This document shows positions 63,837-64,000 of a DNA stretch of 64,000 nt, piece after piece. Under the pieces are notes generated by a model. The model was not told where the DNA came from, did no database searches, and saw only the letters and a list, made by a program, of their open reading frames with translations. Position numbers and translations under genes: made by a program. The number at the start of each line of letters is the position of its first letter. Within the stretch, counting starts at the first letter, position 1. The stretch is from Octopus bimaculoides (taxonomy: Eukaryota), in assembly GCF_001194135.2 (NCBI RefSeq), contig NC_068995.1:13111124-13175123 (forward strand), in the 5' to 3' direction.

Positions 63837-64000
63837 AAACCTCACAAGGTATATACGCCCGACTTAATGTCATCGAGTTATATATTCATTGAGAGTGCTC
63901 AACAACGAACAGGCAATTAATAGTGCTATGACCAATGTCTACGTATAAGAAATAAACAGAGTGAATGGACATTGAATGTCAATATATAAAGAAAATGTCA

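Noticed and set aside
63577-63873. Repetitive ORFs (HVSYIGSYMCL...) and CRISPR-like appearance of the 23-bp repeat
   Set aside because: The units are contiguous with no spacers and the DNA is eukaryotic; the ORFs are minisatellite translations.

Overview
Eukaryotic, AT-rich, microsatellite- and transposon-dense genomic DNA with 17 N-gaps (about 4.7 kb in total). I recognise the SINE repertoire as that of an octopus, probably an Octopus bimaculoides-type short-read assembly; this was not checked by search. Most of the window is one minus-strand gene, an SFMBT1/2-type Polycomb-associated gene (Scm-like with four MBT domains). I reconstructed nine in-frame coding exons by hand from GT-AG sites: 23114-22337, 20335-20238, 16836-16596, 15116-15028, 12081-11841, 8680-8583, 6222-5967, 1666-1578 and 561-281. 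Together they give 2171 nt (723 codons + 2 nt). They encode a ~260-aa low-complexity/acidic N-terminus and all four MBT repeats; the gene continues past the left edge, where the SLED and SAM domains are expected. Candidate 5'-UTR exons lie at 28943-28879, 47695-47621 and about 59935-59850, beneath a CpG-enriched promoter-like region. The introns hold at least five SINE-like families, several MITE families (hAT, TTAA/piggyBac-like, Tc1/mariner) and nested insertions. I found no clearly new biological system. The best leads are (i) two upstream reading frames that both terminate at the main AUG (an AUGA overlap, and an in-frame UAA one codon upstream), (ii) the acidic N-terminal extension, and (iii) near-identical inverted retroposons flanking MBT exons, which could drive circRNA formation or ADAR editing.
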